A stretch of DNA of 64,000 nucleotides from Ruditapes philippinarum. Taxonomy: Eukaryota. The notes below the pieces were generated by a model. That model saw only the letters and a list, made by a program, of their open reading frames with translations. It was not told where the DNA came from and ran no database searches. The stretch lies in assembly GCF_026571515.1 (NCBI RefSeq), contig NW_026859228.1:124001-188000 (forward strand), in the 5' to 3' direction. Numbering within the stretch: position 1 is the first letter of the stretch; every line of letters begins with the position of its first letter. Shown here piece by piece: positions 51,486 through 64,000 of this stretch. Both the position numbers and the translations under genes were made by a program.

Positions 51486-51915
51486 CTATTTCAGAAGCTT
51501 GTCGTAAATTGTGACTGAGCAGGTGCCACTCGAGGTAATGGATCGGAGACGTTCACTTATCCCGAAGGTGCGAAGGGCCAGAATAGCTGACAAGAAGTCA
51601 GTCTTGGTCCGGGACAAGCTTTTCATCAACAACCAGATGTACGCACAGACCACCAAAGTTGAACCACATGGCACAGCCTCAAAGGCAGGAGAGTGTATGA
51701 CTGGAATGTTCTGTCCTGAAATATTAAGGGTCTAAAAACTGTTAAAGTAATGTTGAATTATTAATTTTTGGATGTACACTTTTCCTCCACCGAAGTCACA
51801 GCAAGCGTATTTCCTAAAAGTTTAATAGCTTATGTTTCAATGTAAATAGATGTTTATCTGTTTATATCATATGTTTATGGGTGTAAAGCAGGAAGAGCCA
51901 CTATCCCCTCTATTT
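51486..51915 (+). mobile_element. LINE relic: ORF1 C-terminal fragment plus a short RT fragment
   Basis: TEQVPLEVMDRRRSLIP..AR...K..LVRDKLFINN resembles invertebrate LINE ORF1 C-termini. GVKQEEPLSPLF resembles the RT motif GV(R/K)QG..LSP.LF. Confidence 0.6.
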
Positions 51916-51928
51916 TATGGGGTTTTAT

Positions 51929-53614
51929 TTTTAGCTCACCTAAGCAAAACTAGCTCATTGCCAGCTATTGTCATTCCCCCTATATCCGTCATCTGGCATC
52001 TAGCGTCGTGTGTTATTATCAATTTCTTTCAACAACATATCATCTGAAACCAAGGACTGCACATTTACAACTTTACAGGAATGATTCTTAGATTGTCCCC
52101 TTTAAAAGTTATACAAATGGTCTGTTGCATAAGTTTTTCACAGAGTCTGAAAAAGAGTTTCAAATGCCAATTTAAAAAAAGTATCTTGTTTGAAAGAACA
52201 AAACCCAGAATTTTGATATTTGGTTCATGATTTTATCTGTAGGTCCTCTACCAAAGTTTGCCAAATTTTATTTTTTGTGTCAAATTGGACCCACCCCGGG
52301 AATCATAATTTTTCCTTTTATGTATATAGTAAGAATTGACAAAGGCTAGATATTAGGTATTTAGCATAAAAAATTGTGTTGTAGACCTCTACAAAGATTG
52401 TTCAATATAATCGTTGTGTCACAATTGGCACCGCTTCGGGGGTCAATAATTATCATTATGTATATATAGTAAAAACTTTTAAAATCTATATAGTAAACAC
52501 TTTAAAATCTTCTTTTCTGAAAGTACAAGACCCAGAGCTTTGATATTTAATATATATCATCTAAAGATTATCTCCCAAATTTGTTCAAATTTTGCCCATA
52601 GTGTCATAATTGACCCTATCCCGAGGGGTCAGAAGTTTTCTTTTAATGTAAAAACTTAAAGAATTTTCTTCTCTGAGAGCATAAAACATCGTTTTCAATG
52701 TTGTTAGAATTTTGTCTCTAGTGTCAAAATTGGCCAAACCCGGTGGCCATATGCTTTCCTTATATGTATATAGTAAGAAAATAAGAAATATCTTCTCTGA
52801 AATGACAAAGGCAAAAGGTTAAATAATTGGCGTGACCTTTTCTAAGTTTGATCAAATAATGGCCTTTGAGTCATATTGGCCCTGCCCCGTTGGCATAGAT
52901 TTTTATTACAAACATATAAAAATAATGGGACACCTTTCCTCTGAAGCGTCAAGGGCTGGAGCTTAGATATTTGGCATGAAACATTGTGAACCTCCACAAA
53001 GATTGTTCAATTTATTGCCCTAAGTACTATTTAAGCATTTCTCTAGGGGTCAAGATCATTCTTTATATACATTTACCAAAAACTAAAAATAATGTTTTCT
53101 GAAAAGGATAAAGCTTTATAGAGCTTAAAATATGACATGAAACATTGTCTTGTGGACCTGTATTAAGATTGTTTAAGTAAATGCCTTTGCCTTTAGTGTA
53201 GAACTATGAAATTTAGACCATGCGCACAGTTCGAGATGTTAAATTGAACTTGGATATAACTGACCTAAATTTTGACAAGTGATGTTCTTTCTTGTCCTTT
53301 GATGTTGATTTTTTAAAATTGGCTTTTTTGGCTTTTTTATACACAGCCATGACATTTTGACACAATGTGTGCACAATTCCAGGAGTAGAACTGAAATTAG
53401 ATATCAAATTACCTTATCATTGACCTACTTTCTTATATTTGGTGTACAGCAATGAAATTATGACCATGTAAATAGTATTATTAAGAAATATATTTGTCAT
53501 GAAGTTTGGTCTAGTGACCAACATCGTTCAATTTCTTGTAATAAAAACTAGTTTTGAATGCTTTTACATAACAGTATAACCTCAGGTGAGCGCTTGAGGC
53601 CAATTGCCCTTATT
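51929..53614 (+). mobile_element. HINE-type element with degenerate internal tandem repeats
   Basis: 5' TTAGCTCACCT and 3' AGGTGAGCG subTIR followed by a GGC..GCC hairpin. Internal AGAGCTTTGATATTTGG..CCTCTACCAAAG..TTCAAAT..TGTCAAATTGG..CCCCGGGG repeats. Confidence 0.7.
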
Positions 53615-54020
53615 ATTTATTGAAAATATGTGTACAGATATTTATGTATGTTATTTTTTATTTTCTTATTCTGTAGTTTTTTTATCGTAAAAACAAACAA
53701 AACTGCAGAAACACAACGCAAACTTGAAGTTGAAGGGAATTGTTGAGTTATTTTATAACAATGAGAAATTTTAATATCAGATAATGATTTGTCAGTATTT
53801 ATAATGTATTATCTTCTTATATTAACATTTATTTATTTATTTTGCTTATCTGGAATACATGTTGATTTAATTAACTTTTCTGAGTTTGTGTGTAAAATAT
53901 GCCAAGAATGTGGTATTTATAAATGCAATGTCCTGCTTAATTTGATTGAAGGATATTTGGCTAGTGTTTTTTTATTATATCAAATCTGTAAGATCTGTTT
54001 ATTGCATTGATTGATTTGTT

Positions 54021-54770
54021 GTTATATACCCGGAACAAAATGTGGGCGTATAATGTTATACACATGGTCGTCCGTAAGTCTGTCCGTCAGTTAGCAGTTT
54101 TCGTGTAAGGTCTGGATCTTTTGAACCGGTAAAAGGAAATTGAAGATACTGGGCAGAAATATAAACAATTAAAAGGCGATGTTAAGGGCGCACATTTGAC
54201 TTTTTCAGGCCATGGTCACACTTAGTCATTTTGTATCAATTTCAAATTTTGCGTTCGCTTTGTATATTTATAACCGAAATAAATTAAAACCTTTTGCAGA
54301 AATATTCCTTTTAATGAGACGGTATGCAGAACACAAGTTCAGATTTCCTGATATCAAAATTGACCCCGCTTCGGGATAACTTGATTTATAAAAAATCTGA
54401 AACAGGAAAACACGTTTAAGTTTCATTGTAGGAATGTCTAGAGCTTAGATATTTAGCATGTAACATTGCCTTAGTAACCTTTACAAAACTTACTTGAATC
54501 GTGCCAAATGGTTCAATATTGGCCCCGTCCCTGGGGTCACTTGATTGATATAGATGCATTTGAGAAAGACACACCTGAGACTTATTGTATGAAACTACAA
54601 TACCCAGAGTTTACATGTTTTACATATAATATCACCTGTATAAGAAAACACATTTTAGTCTTATTTTGGGAAACTGCAATGCCAAAAGCTAAGATGTTCA
54701 ACATGCAACATTACCTTGTGACATATGCAAAATTGTTATTAGTTATGGCCCTGGTGTCAAATTGGTGGGA
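54021..54770 (+). mobile_element. Degenerate HINE-like element
   Basis: TATACCCG..GGGCGTATA short inverted repeat and a GTCCGT microsatellite-like head, then repeats related to 52000-53160. The 3' end is uncertain. Confidence 0.45.
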
Positions 54771-56385
54771 AGTTTCTTTTCCTTCACAACTAACAAGGTT
54801 GATAATAAAATAATATTGACAGTTAAAGCATTATTTTTTCAAACAATAACCTAACATTATCAGCTTTTACTTTGAATATAGCTTGATTTAGAGATTATTC
54901 TCATATATAAATCAAAAGGCTTTTCATTTGACAATTGTAAAAGCATACATACCTGATCCCAAACACACTTTTGACAAAAGTTGATTTTTGAGAGAAGATT
55001 CGACATTTTATAAGTTTTTCCAGGAGGCCATGGGTAAACTGTTTGCATGATATTCACTAAAAAAAACATCGATTTCCAAAAATATCTTCTATATATCCTT
55101 TATATTAATCCGTGTTTGGGAAGGGTCATGACCTCTTTCCCTACCGCTGTATCTACGCGAAATATTTCACAAATTAGCTCAAATTTGTGACTTGTAGCAT
55201 GCTCACAGATTGTTGGTGTTGGGATTTATTAAATTCATATACGACTGTTTAACACTAGTAGTTTGTACACATTTTAAGATTGCATCATGTTTCGGTGCAG
55301 TTTGTCAAAGCTACCATAGATTGTCCTTTTCCTTTCTGGTGGCCCAAGTTGCCTTACTGATTAGGGTCAGCTATATTTTCAGTTTCCCGGATAATTGTGC
55401 GAATTGCAAGCTGAAGTTTTATATTCATTACAACTAAATTCAACAAACTTTGTGGACGTAAAAATGATTCGTCACTAATTTTTTTCCTTCTTTTCCCCTC
55501 TAAGTCAAAAGAAAGATACATTTTGTACCACATTTGCCTCTTTGGAGGCATCTAAATACCACACAGTGCATAATTATTTTCTAATGAATTTAATGAAGAA
55601 GATACTACCGAAAGTTAATTACAATTATTGATATGGAAATAGAATGATAAATGTTCAATTGTTAAATGATGAACTACTCGTATATTAAAATAATATAACA
55701 TGTAATGATATAATTTATGTACAGTACACACTTGCAAATATGTATCTATGCTATGCATTCAGTTTTTACCAGTGTACTTTCTTAACTTTATTAATCATTA
55801 TTGTCATTTTTTGCGATACTGCCCACACGAATAGAATTCTATTCTTAAAGCCAGTCAATCTGTATTAAAATATATACAAAAATCTTAAAAGTATGTCCTG
55901 TTGTTAAGTTTTTATATATAAATATGTTTTCACTTTTCGCATGTATTGTAAATATGTTGATGTGATTAATTATGTCATACCTTTCTGAACCCGCGTATGT
56001 TAATCTTTAAAGACGTATATTGTAACAGCGTATTGGCATGCGATATTCATGTATATATATATTTGTGTATATGTATATATTTTAATTATATTGTGTTTGT
56101 ATAAAGGCCTTTTGTACTTTATTTCAAAGAAATTGCTTTTTCTGCAACCATCGCCCCATTTTTACTCTGGCCACATTTACTTAAATACCGTTAACTCAAC
56201 TTAACTCGCTTGACTGTAGGACCAAGTCTTAAATGTAAGAGAAAATTGCACGAAACCTCACGCGTTCACGGCTTATAGTTCAAAACTTGTTTGCAGTAGA
56301 AAAAAACAACTAAACCAGATAAATCTATTACATGTGTGTATTCAAAATTAAAGTATTTCCTTCCTTTCAGCAGATATTATGGGTT

Positions 56386-57243
56386 TTTATACCCCCACAA
56401 ACGAAGGTAAATAGGAGTTAGCTTGTAGTTCGGTTCATCGGTCTGTCCACTTCATTGTTTCCCTACGATAACTAGAGTCTGGAATGGACAGTGTAATCAA
56501 ATTTAGTTTATATCAACCTTATGCGGATACCCCTATTGATTTGCTTTTGAACCCCCTGGGGTCAAGGTCTATGTCACTGTAACTTAGAAATAGGAAAATG
56601 GCTTCCGGACAATAACTAGAGTTAGTAATGAAATTTTTGATAGAAACTTGCGGTATAAAGCAAGTTTATATAAAGGCCCCAGTTGGGGTTGCGTCTTTCC
56701 CTTTGGTCAAGGGCACTGTAACTAAAAAATAGAAAAATGGTTTCTGGACAATAAAGAAAGGTTACGAATTATATTTTGTAATAAAACTTGGTAAAAAGCA
56801 AGCTTATATGAAGACCCTGGTATGGGTTGCTTCTGGACTCCTTTTGGTCAATGTCACTGTTACTTAAATTAGAAAAAAAATGGTTTCTGGATGATAACTA
56901 AAGTTGACAATGAGATATTGTAATCAAACTTGGTATAAAGCAAGCTTATATGAAGACCCTGGATGGAATTGCTCCCTACGTCAATGTTACTGTTACTAAA
57001 AATAGGAAAATTGCTACTGGAGGAAATGAGCTATTGTAACGAAACTTAGCATTTAGTTCGGTGGGACCCCTAGGACAAGGTACTCAAAATAGAAAAATAA
57101 TTTCTGGAAGATATGCAATTAAGTGTATTAATTATTACACAGTACACAGACAAAACATAAATTATAAGTCGATTTCAAAATTTGCTCCAGAAAGTTAAAG
57201 TTACTGGTGGGAATATGGATCAGCTTTAGTGATATCTCTAGTT
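56386..57243 (+). mobile_element. HINE-type element with ~145-bp internal repeats
   Basis: TTTATACCCCCACAAACG head and GATCAGCTTTAGTGATATCTCTAGTTT tail, both like 13042-15139. Repeats read GTCACTGT.AC.TA.AAATAG.AAAATGG.TTC.GGA.AATAACTA. Confidence 0.7.
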
Positions 57244-59557
57244 TGTTTTATCATAGTAAGATGAGATATAATCAAGGAAATTATTGCTTTAAAAAGACTT
57301 GATAAAAGAATGACAATTGGTTAAATATTTTTGTGTAACAATATATTAAAGTATTTACTGTCTACATCTAAATTTTAGTTTCTCGCCATCATTCAGCTCT
57401 GTATGAAGTTATATATTTTAAAGTGTACATTATGTCAGAAAAAACTTTACTCTTTCAATTATTATCCTTCATAATTAATAAAGAAAATTGGCGAAAACTA
57501 AACAAAGACCAGAACTTGTACATTGTACTCGATATTTTTGACGGGATATTAGAGATGACGAGAAAGGGTGCGTGAGCCCCTAGTACGGTTAGACGGCTAG
57601 CTCCCTTTGCTGGCATAACAGCCCTTTTCAGTGCTACCTCTTTTTCAAATTGTCACAGGTTACTAAACACTTTAGGGTCTTATTGGCCGCCGAACATTTA
57701 CCTACTTTTTGCTTCGAAATTAACCCTTTAGTGACAGTCATGACTAGTGACATGTCTGGGTCCCTACTCGCAAGACTTGCAAACCATAAATCTATAGTCG
57801 CTATTTTACGTCGGTGAAAAAAAAGAATTGGGGTAAATTGCAAAAGTATGCAATTTATTTCCTTACTCAATAAAGAAAACAACAGTAAACACCCTATAGT
57901 GATATGTTTTATTAATATTCTATTTTATTGTACTTAAATAAAGTTAATATATGTTGGTTATAAAATTGCAAAAGATTTTGCTATGGTTGCTGCGAAGATC
58001 CGAGTCGAAGTGCACAAACTATTCTAAAACTTTCAAATGAATATCAGATGAAACGAAAGCTACTTCTTTAAAATGCATGTAATATATTGCCTATAACTAC
58101 AAGTATAAATATGAAAAAGCATTAAATGTAAAGTCTCAAGAAGCAGCCTTGATAACTGTATACAGTTGTTAATTCTGGCGAAGTAATGCCGAAAACTATT
58201 TAAAATATTTCAACTACAGTAAACGGGAACTATTTCTTGCGAACGCTTTCCGAGGTCTGAGGAACTATTTCCATCATTTGCTATGAGTACATGAGGTGGT
58301 CGCACAGTCCGTGTTCTTTCCTTGGTGATTAGGAGCGTGAATAATAATTTGCAAATATTTTCGAAGCCGTCCGAAAAGGTCTACGGTCAATATCACTGAT
58401 AAAGGGATGTACAAGTCTGCAGAAAATGAAATGATAATTTGTGCAATATCTAAAAATATGATGTTAAAAGAATAGAAAAATAACAAACTCTCAAAGATAG
58501 CATATACTATAATATGAATTAAATTCAAATATAGCAGGATATATGTGTACTGATATTCACACTATTTAAGAGGTCACACATCAGGAACTTGCATGCTCCT
58601 TTATAGCTATGGAATAAGAAACTTCTGATGGATATGCTCTTACCACCAACTTCTCCACCAAGTATCTTTAGATGAATTCACCTTTTCAGGAAAATAATCT
58701 GAAAGTGACCCCTCAGAAGCAGTAATTACAACAAAATTACATGAAAATTGCAGACTCGGTTTGATTGAGTCTGTACATGAGGGATAATGAAAAAGTGCAA
58801 CATCCATCACGGCCCCCTAGCACCGATTTGAGCAGTGCATAATTTTCAACATTAAAATCATCGGCCTGTCATTTCAAGTTTTTAGGGATAACCTAATGAA
58901 ACTTTAAAAACACCCAGAACGGAAAATTGAAGATATTGCCGGTGTTACATCGCTGAAAATTGACACCGTACAGATTTTCCAGTTATTTAATGAGCCACCC
59001 ACGCGTGAAAAGGCGACCCCTGTTGAAAAGCGATCGACTATAGACAGGCCGTAAGTGATCAAAATAATAATGCCAAATATGCCTTTATATGGTCATACCC
59101 ATGGAACAGTAATATTTCAATATTCCTTTAAGATTTTTAGTGATACATATTTCTTCATTTTAATCAAGTTGACCAGGAGCTAATTACAATTTGCCAATCC
59201 ATCTGGTACTTACGTTTCGAGCTATAATATTACATATTGTATTAATGTTTTTTCCGCTATAAAAGGGAGTCGCCTGCTATCATTTAAGTGACTGCCTTTT
59301 ACTGTTAATAATGTTTAAAGAATATCACACTAGTGAAAGCCCATCTTATAATGAATGAGATTTGCAAGAGCTGTAATGATAAGGGGAAGTAACCGCTGCG
59401 AGAAATGTAGTGTACCAGCAACGGTAACTTCCCCTGATTAGTACGCAAGGTGCGAGGAGGTTGGTGTAGCAGACGTTAAATATTAACTGGCATGAGAAAT
59501 GTTGAGTAGGGTTAGAAAACAAGCCATAAATTAAAGAGCACAACTTTTATGACTTAA

Positions 59558-59744
59558 AGGAAACCTTAACGGAGTCCATATTGCGGCAATGTAAAACTTT
59601 CGGTTTTAAAGCAGCACGCCTACAGATTAACGTTAATTTTCATGAAAATTTTGGAAATGTGTTTAAGAGTAAAATAATATGAAATGAACAAATAAAGCAA
59701 TTTAGATATTTACAAGTAAACAGAATCAATCTAAGGTAAGGTTT
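59558..59744. mobile_element. Possible short Kolobok-type MITE
   Basis: ttaa-AGGAAACCTTA...TAAGGTTT-ttaa, with only short imperfect TIRs. Confidence 0.3.
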
Positions 59745-61608
59745 TTAAGGAATATGATTAGTTCAATAACCTTTTTTGTTTTCTTTATAATAACGCCCTC
59801 TTTCCCTCCGCCAGTGCTTTGCCCTTGTGCCCATTCCTGTATTTTAGTGTCCTATCGGGTACCATGCCGGTGGTCCTTTGTGGCTGGATTGTGTTGAGGG
59901 TGCGTTCATTGAATACCACTCTTCCTTGTTGATTCTTGTTTTCATATTTTACGAGTTTCAATCTGATATATTTTTCATAACCTTGGTTGATAAGTGATTT
60001 TTTTTTATTGTCATTGAATTACGTGTAAATGTGACATGAATGATTGATTTTATGATATGAACGATTAAGACAGAAATAATCGAACGATAGGTTTGAAAGG
60101 TTATATAAAAACATGCTAGAAGGAACAAAACGTGTGATAATGCGTTGGCAGCCTTGGAGATAAACATAGACAGCCGGTTTAATGTAAAGTTTTTTTTAAG
60201 TTTTTTTTAACTTACAATGCATGTACAGGTTGCCAAACATTTTAGTTTTTACACAATGATTTATTTTTTAAGTATGTTTGAGTAAATATTGTAAAATGCG
60301 ATACAGTCCTAACTCTCAGCTTAAGCTTCTTAGTGTAATAAATAAAGCTGTTATAAAGTGGTTAGATTTTAATTTACTGCTTTTCTTGTAAATATGCACA
60401 ATGTTTTGAATTAATATCATCAAATTCTGTTAGTGCTTTATGTTTATATAAAAGCTAATATCTACCTTTAAACACTAGTTTTTACCATGGTTATTGTGGA
60501 TGTTGATAAATATTTTTCAATAACACTTTCTAAAATAAAACAAATACTTCATTCACTTAAATACAAAAAATGTCTTAGTTATTTGAAATATATAATATTT
60601 AAATCTTTGTATATACCAAAGATTATTTTCGGACATTGTTGTTTGACAGAACGAGAATTTTTACTGGCCCTCGGTCAGGCGCAAATTTCAAACTCTGGGT
60701 CATGGAAAACGTAGAGGACCACACTATAATATTTTCTAATGTGCAAAATTTATCAGCAACGTGCATTTCGCTCACACACTCTATAGTAGACTGCAGTTTG
60801 TTCAGTTGAAGATACATATTTTGTTTTTTCATAAACATGTGCAAATATCTTTAAGCGTTGACTTTTCTCATAGTCCTTTCTATTCAAATATGACATGAAA
60901 TAAATATGAATTCAAAGATAATCAATAGTGTTCGACCCGTACTTTACTTCAGTGGTGTTATATTTTTCGTTATATTTTTCTGGTCTTTCGGGATCATTGA
61001 TTCCAACACATTTAAGTGTTGAAAATTGAGTAAAAATTTTCTTTTTGTGTGTGGGGGCGGGGGTTTTAAGTTACCTTAAAACGCTCAGTTCAAACTATAT
61101 CTTGACCCGTGAACAAGCATTAATTATTCAAGAAGTTAAAATCGTAAAGTTCAAAACGTCATGTCACCAACTTGAAATCGTGAATTCGTGAATTCATTAT
61201 GTTGTGATCGTGAACCATAGAAGTCGAAAAGATGAAATTAAGATCTCATAAAGTTGAATGTATCAACCTGTATTTCGTGCATACGTTCTTATATTGCTTT
61301 CAACACTGTTGCACGTCTACATTTTTCATTTCAATTAATATAATTATATCTATAAGCGATTTATTTCTTTAAATAACTGTTAAAAGGGTTAAAACTACAC
61401 TACATTCCAAATTCAGTAAATCGTCACGATTCTTTCTCTTAAATGTGTAGTTGTATTACGTAGAAAACTTTAACACTGTATTTGACAGTGCACATATGGT
61501 TTGGTACAGATCTACTCTCGATGTAAAAGAATAAATAAAGATCGAATATACATGTATATGGACAATCATTGAAATATATTTTATATGAAAAATAATTTTC
61601 CTAACGTA

Positions 61609-62854
61609 CGAGGGTTGTTCAAAAAAACTAATAGGATGAAGACTCTTGAGTCTTCATATTCCATTAATTTGATAATATTTTCATATGTACGACAATCGTT
61701 GTTTGAATTACTGTTCCCTGTGATATTGAATAACCATGGTAACACGCACCTGGCGCAGCGCATCAGAAAGATTTTGATATACATGTAGTTTATTCATACG
61801 TTGTTGTATGTTTTTCCATATATTCCACCAATACGTTTAATCATATTTAAGGAAATTATGTCCAAATTTAATGTCATTCAGACAAGAAATAAAATAGCTA
61901 AATGATCATCAAGTTTTAAACAACAGTGGTCATAGCGTTAGCCTAAACGTTCGTTGAAAAACGGAACATTTGCGACCGTTGTATCTTGCTTACAATTAGG
62001 CCATACTTCTTCAGCTACATACGAAAAGATTTAATTTACACAGAACAATTATTAGGCTATTAGGGCACCCGATCTTAGCTGGCACAAGCAGTTCAAAGAC
62101 GGTGAATACGAGATCACATGCAGGAAAAGGCGAGAATGAAAGCGGAAAATTGACAAAACGTTAGTGATGCCATTTGCGATTGCGCTATAATAGGATCGAC
62201 TGTAAACAGTCTGCAAAATGTCAGACATGTCCGATGTCTTCCTCGGGTTCTGACCAAATGGTTGAATATAAGAAATTTGTTTTCAAAACTATTTAAAATA
62301 CAAGATATACGTGTTATATTTGAATAAATATGATAATGATACACAGTAATTATTAGTATCATTTTAAATGATTTAGTTTAATGAATAATAGCTTGTGCTC
62401 AGTACAAGAGAACTCTTTTCAATTGGATTTTTTCATTCACTGTACATAATCATATTGTTGTAAGAAAAAGCCGAGATTAGCCGGCCACCGGGTAATTGTT
62501 TCGTAGAGAGGAACGAGAATGTGATTGCTTTCTTTTTCGCCGAGGCCTGGATATAGGTACATGATTCGGACACCTAGAACACTGAGGAGAATACTTTCAG
62601 AAAGAATAAAGTTTGTTATATTTTGAATTGATTATGCGACGTCTTAAACGTCATTTAATTTATTGTTAGCGTGTGCTGGGTCGTGTTCCCCTTAATTGTC
62701 ATTGGTAGGTTTAACAGAATTGTTGTGTTTTGTGTTTTTTTCACTGTATGTAGAGAACATGTTTTGATATTTGTTTTATGTAAAATTGTGTACGGAAATT
62801 AAAAACAATGTGAAAAGTAGAGCAGCAGACCTATTACTTTTTGAACAACCCTCG
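61609..62854. mobile_element. Mariner-type non-autonomous transposon
   Basis: ta-CGAGGGTTGTTCAAAAA..TAATAGG ... CCTATTACTTTTTGAACAACCCTCG-ta; 1246 bp with no transposase ORF. Confidence 0.85.
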
Positions 62855-62882
62855 TATTTGAGATAATCATGTTAAGTATAAC

Positions 62883-63112
62883 AAGACTGCACTCATCTTC
62901 AGGCAAACTTCCGCGTTCCATAGGCAGATATATTGCTAATTGATTAAAAGGTAAGATATTTCTATGTTCAATATTTAAGTATAATATCTTGAATATAACG
63001 TATGCTGTTGTGATAATTTTAGTATATTCATGTATTCTTGCTTTTTGTTTTTGTTGATTTGTTTGTTCTTAAAGGTAAAAGGTATACCAAAAGATTTTAC
63101 AAGTCACGTGAC
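62883..63112 (+). promoter_or_regulatory. Sixth promoter / non-coding exon 1 module (donor GT at 62951); its coding exon is not in the window
   Basis: ACTTCCGCGTTCCA at 62907, AAAG|GTAAG, and GTCACGTGAC at 63103. The flanks align with units 4 and 5. Confidence 0.65.
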
Positions 63113-63863
63113 AATAAATATAATCAAAAGAGGCAATAATTATTTTGCCTTGTAACGCTTAATCGGACGATTAAGTATGAATGTAAGCCTTTTACTAAAA
63201 ATAATTTTACAAAATCATATTTTTTTCATAGTTCAAAAACTAGAATGTTTTTAACAAGGGCACAAATACACGTACAGCGTGATATGACATGATTCCATAC
63301 ATTTTATTGAAAAAAATCGTACAAAATGGTTACTAAATGATAAATAAGGACGTTTGAGTTTACATTGAGAAGCATATCTAGAATGTCGGCAAGGCGATCG
63401 AATCATTTTATTTGTTATGTTTTTGATAAATATTGAAAAATCTTCTTTTGTTTGACTCGTGTACAAAATAGTTATCATAATTTAAGAACTTATTTTGAAC
63501 TAATGTCAATGCAAAAACAATTACAGTGTTACACTTTAAGCCATTGGATGGACTGGTGTTGTAATGATTTTATTTACTATCTTTACTAATAATTATCATT
63601 AACATTATTTCCTACACATTTCTGATTATTTCGGTTAGCACGGTATATAACCGATTTGAACCCCAACCGGATCTTGTGAGCATGTCAAGATCCGGTCAGT
63701 GAAAACAGGTGGGGTAATCAAAATACAACAAAACAATGCATTGCACCCTTTTAAGTATCTTAATGACCAATAATCATATCAAGACATACTTTATCTTTTT
63801 TCGATAAACACCTATCACCAGCTTGTGTATAAAATGATATACTCGTCACAGCGTAATCCGGTT

Positions 63864-63932
63864 ATGTCAACAAATGCTGATAACATTTATGTAAACACAT
63901 GCTGATAACATTAATGTCAACACATGCTGATA
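63864..63932 (+). repeat. 25-bp minisatellite, about 2.8 copies
   Basis: ATGTCAACAAATGCTGATAACATTT / ATGTAAACACATGCTGATAACATTA / ATGTCAACACATGCTGATA. Confidence 0.8.
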
Positions 63933-64000
63933 TCACGTACTAATTGAATGAGTTGAATTTTAAATGTATTTCCCTACCTTAATTGGTGACATATGTACCA

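Noticed and set aside
53789-61788. Numerous 60-100 aa AT-rich ORFs (also 3551-3901, 8058-8855, 22176-22460)
   Set aside because: Their I/F/L/K-biased low-complexity composition is typical of chance ORFs in AT-rich or repeat DNA, with no motifs or splice support.

Overview
AT-rich eukaryotic genomic DNA. The repeat landscape and protein family point to a bivalve mollusc, probably a venerid clam (inference). The window holds a head-to-tail (+ strand) tandem array of RING-less TRIM-like genes: B-box1, B-box2, coiled coil and a C-terminal NHL-like six-bladed beta-propeller, about 571 aa, encoded on one exon. Copies 1 (16304-18019) and 5 (49321-51036) are intact. Copy 2 has an 8-bp deletion, copy 3 a nonsense codon and copy 4 a 1-bp deletion. 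Each unit has the same inferred layout: an ACTTCCGCGTT ETS-like motif, a short non-coding exon ending in AG|GTAAG (donor lost in unit 4), an intronic GTCACGTGAC/TCACATGA E-box, and an acceptor 6 nt before the ATG. A sixth such 5' module lies at about 62.9 kb, so the array probably continues past the window. The paralogues are mosaic and vary most at predicted propeller loop positions, which suggests a diversifying receptor-like family. The rest is non-autonomous DNA transposons (Sola-, Kolobok-, Tc1/mariner- and Helentron/HINE-type), tRNA-derived SINEs and LINE relics. All alignments were made by eye, so repeat boundaries are approximate.
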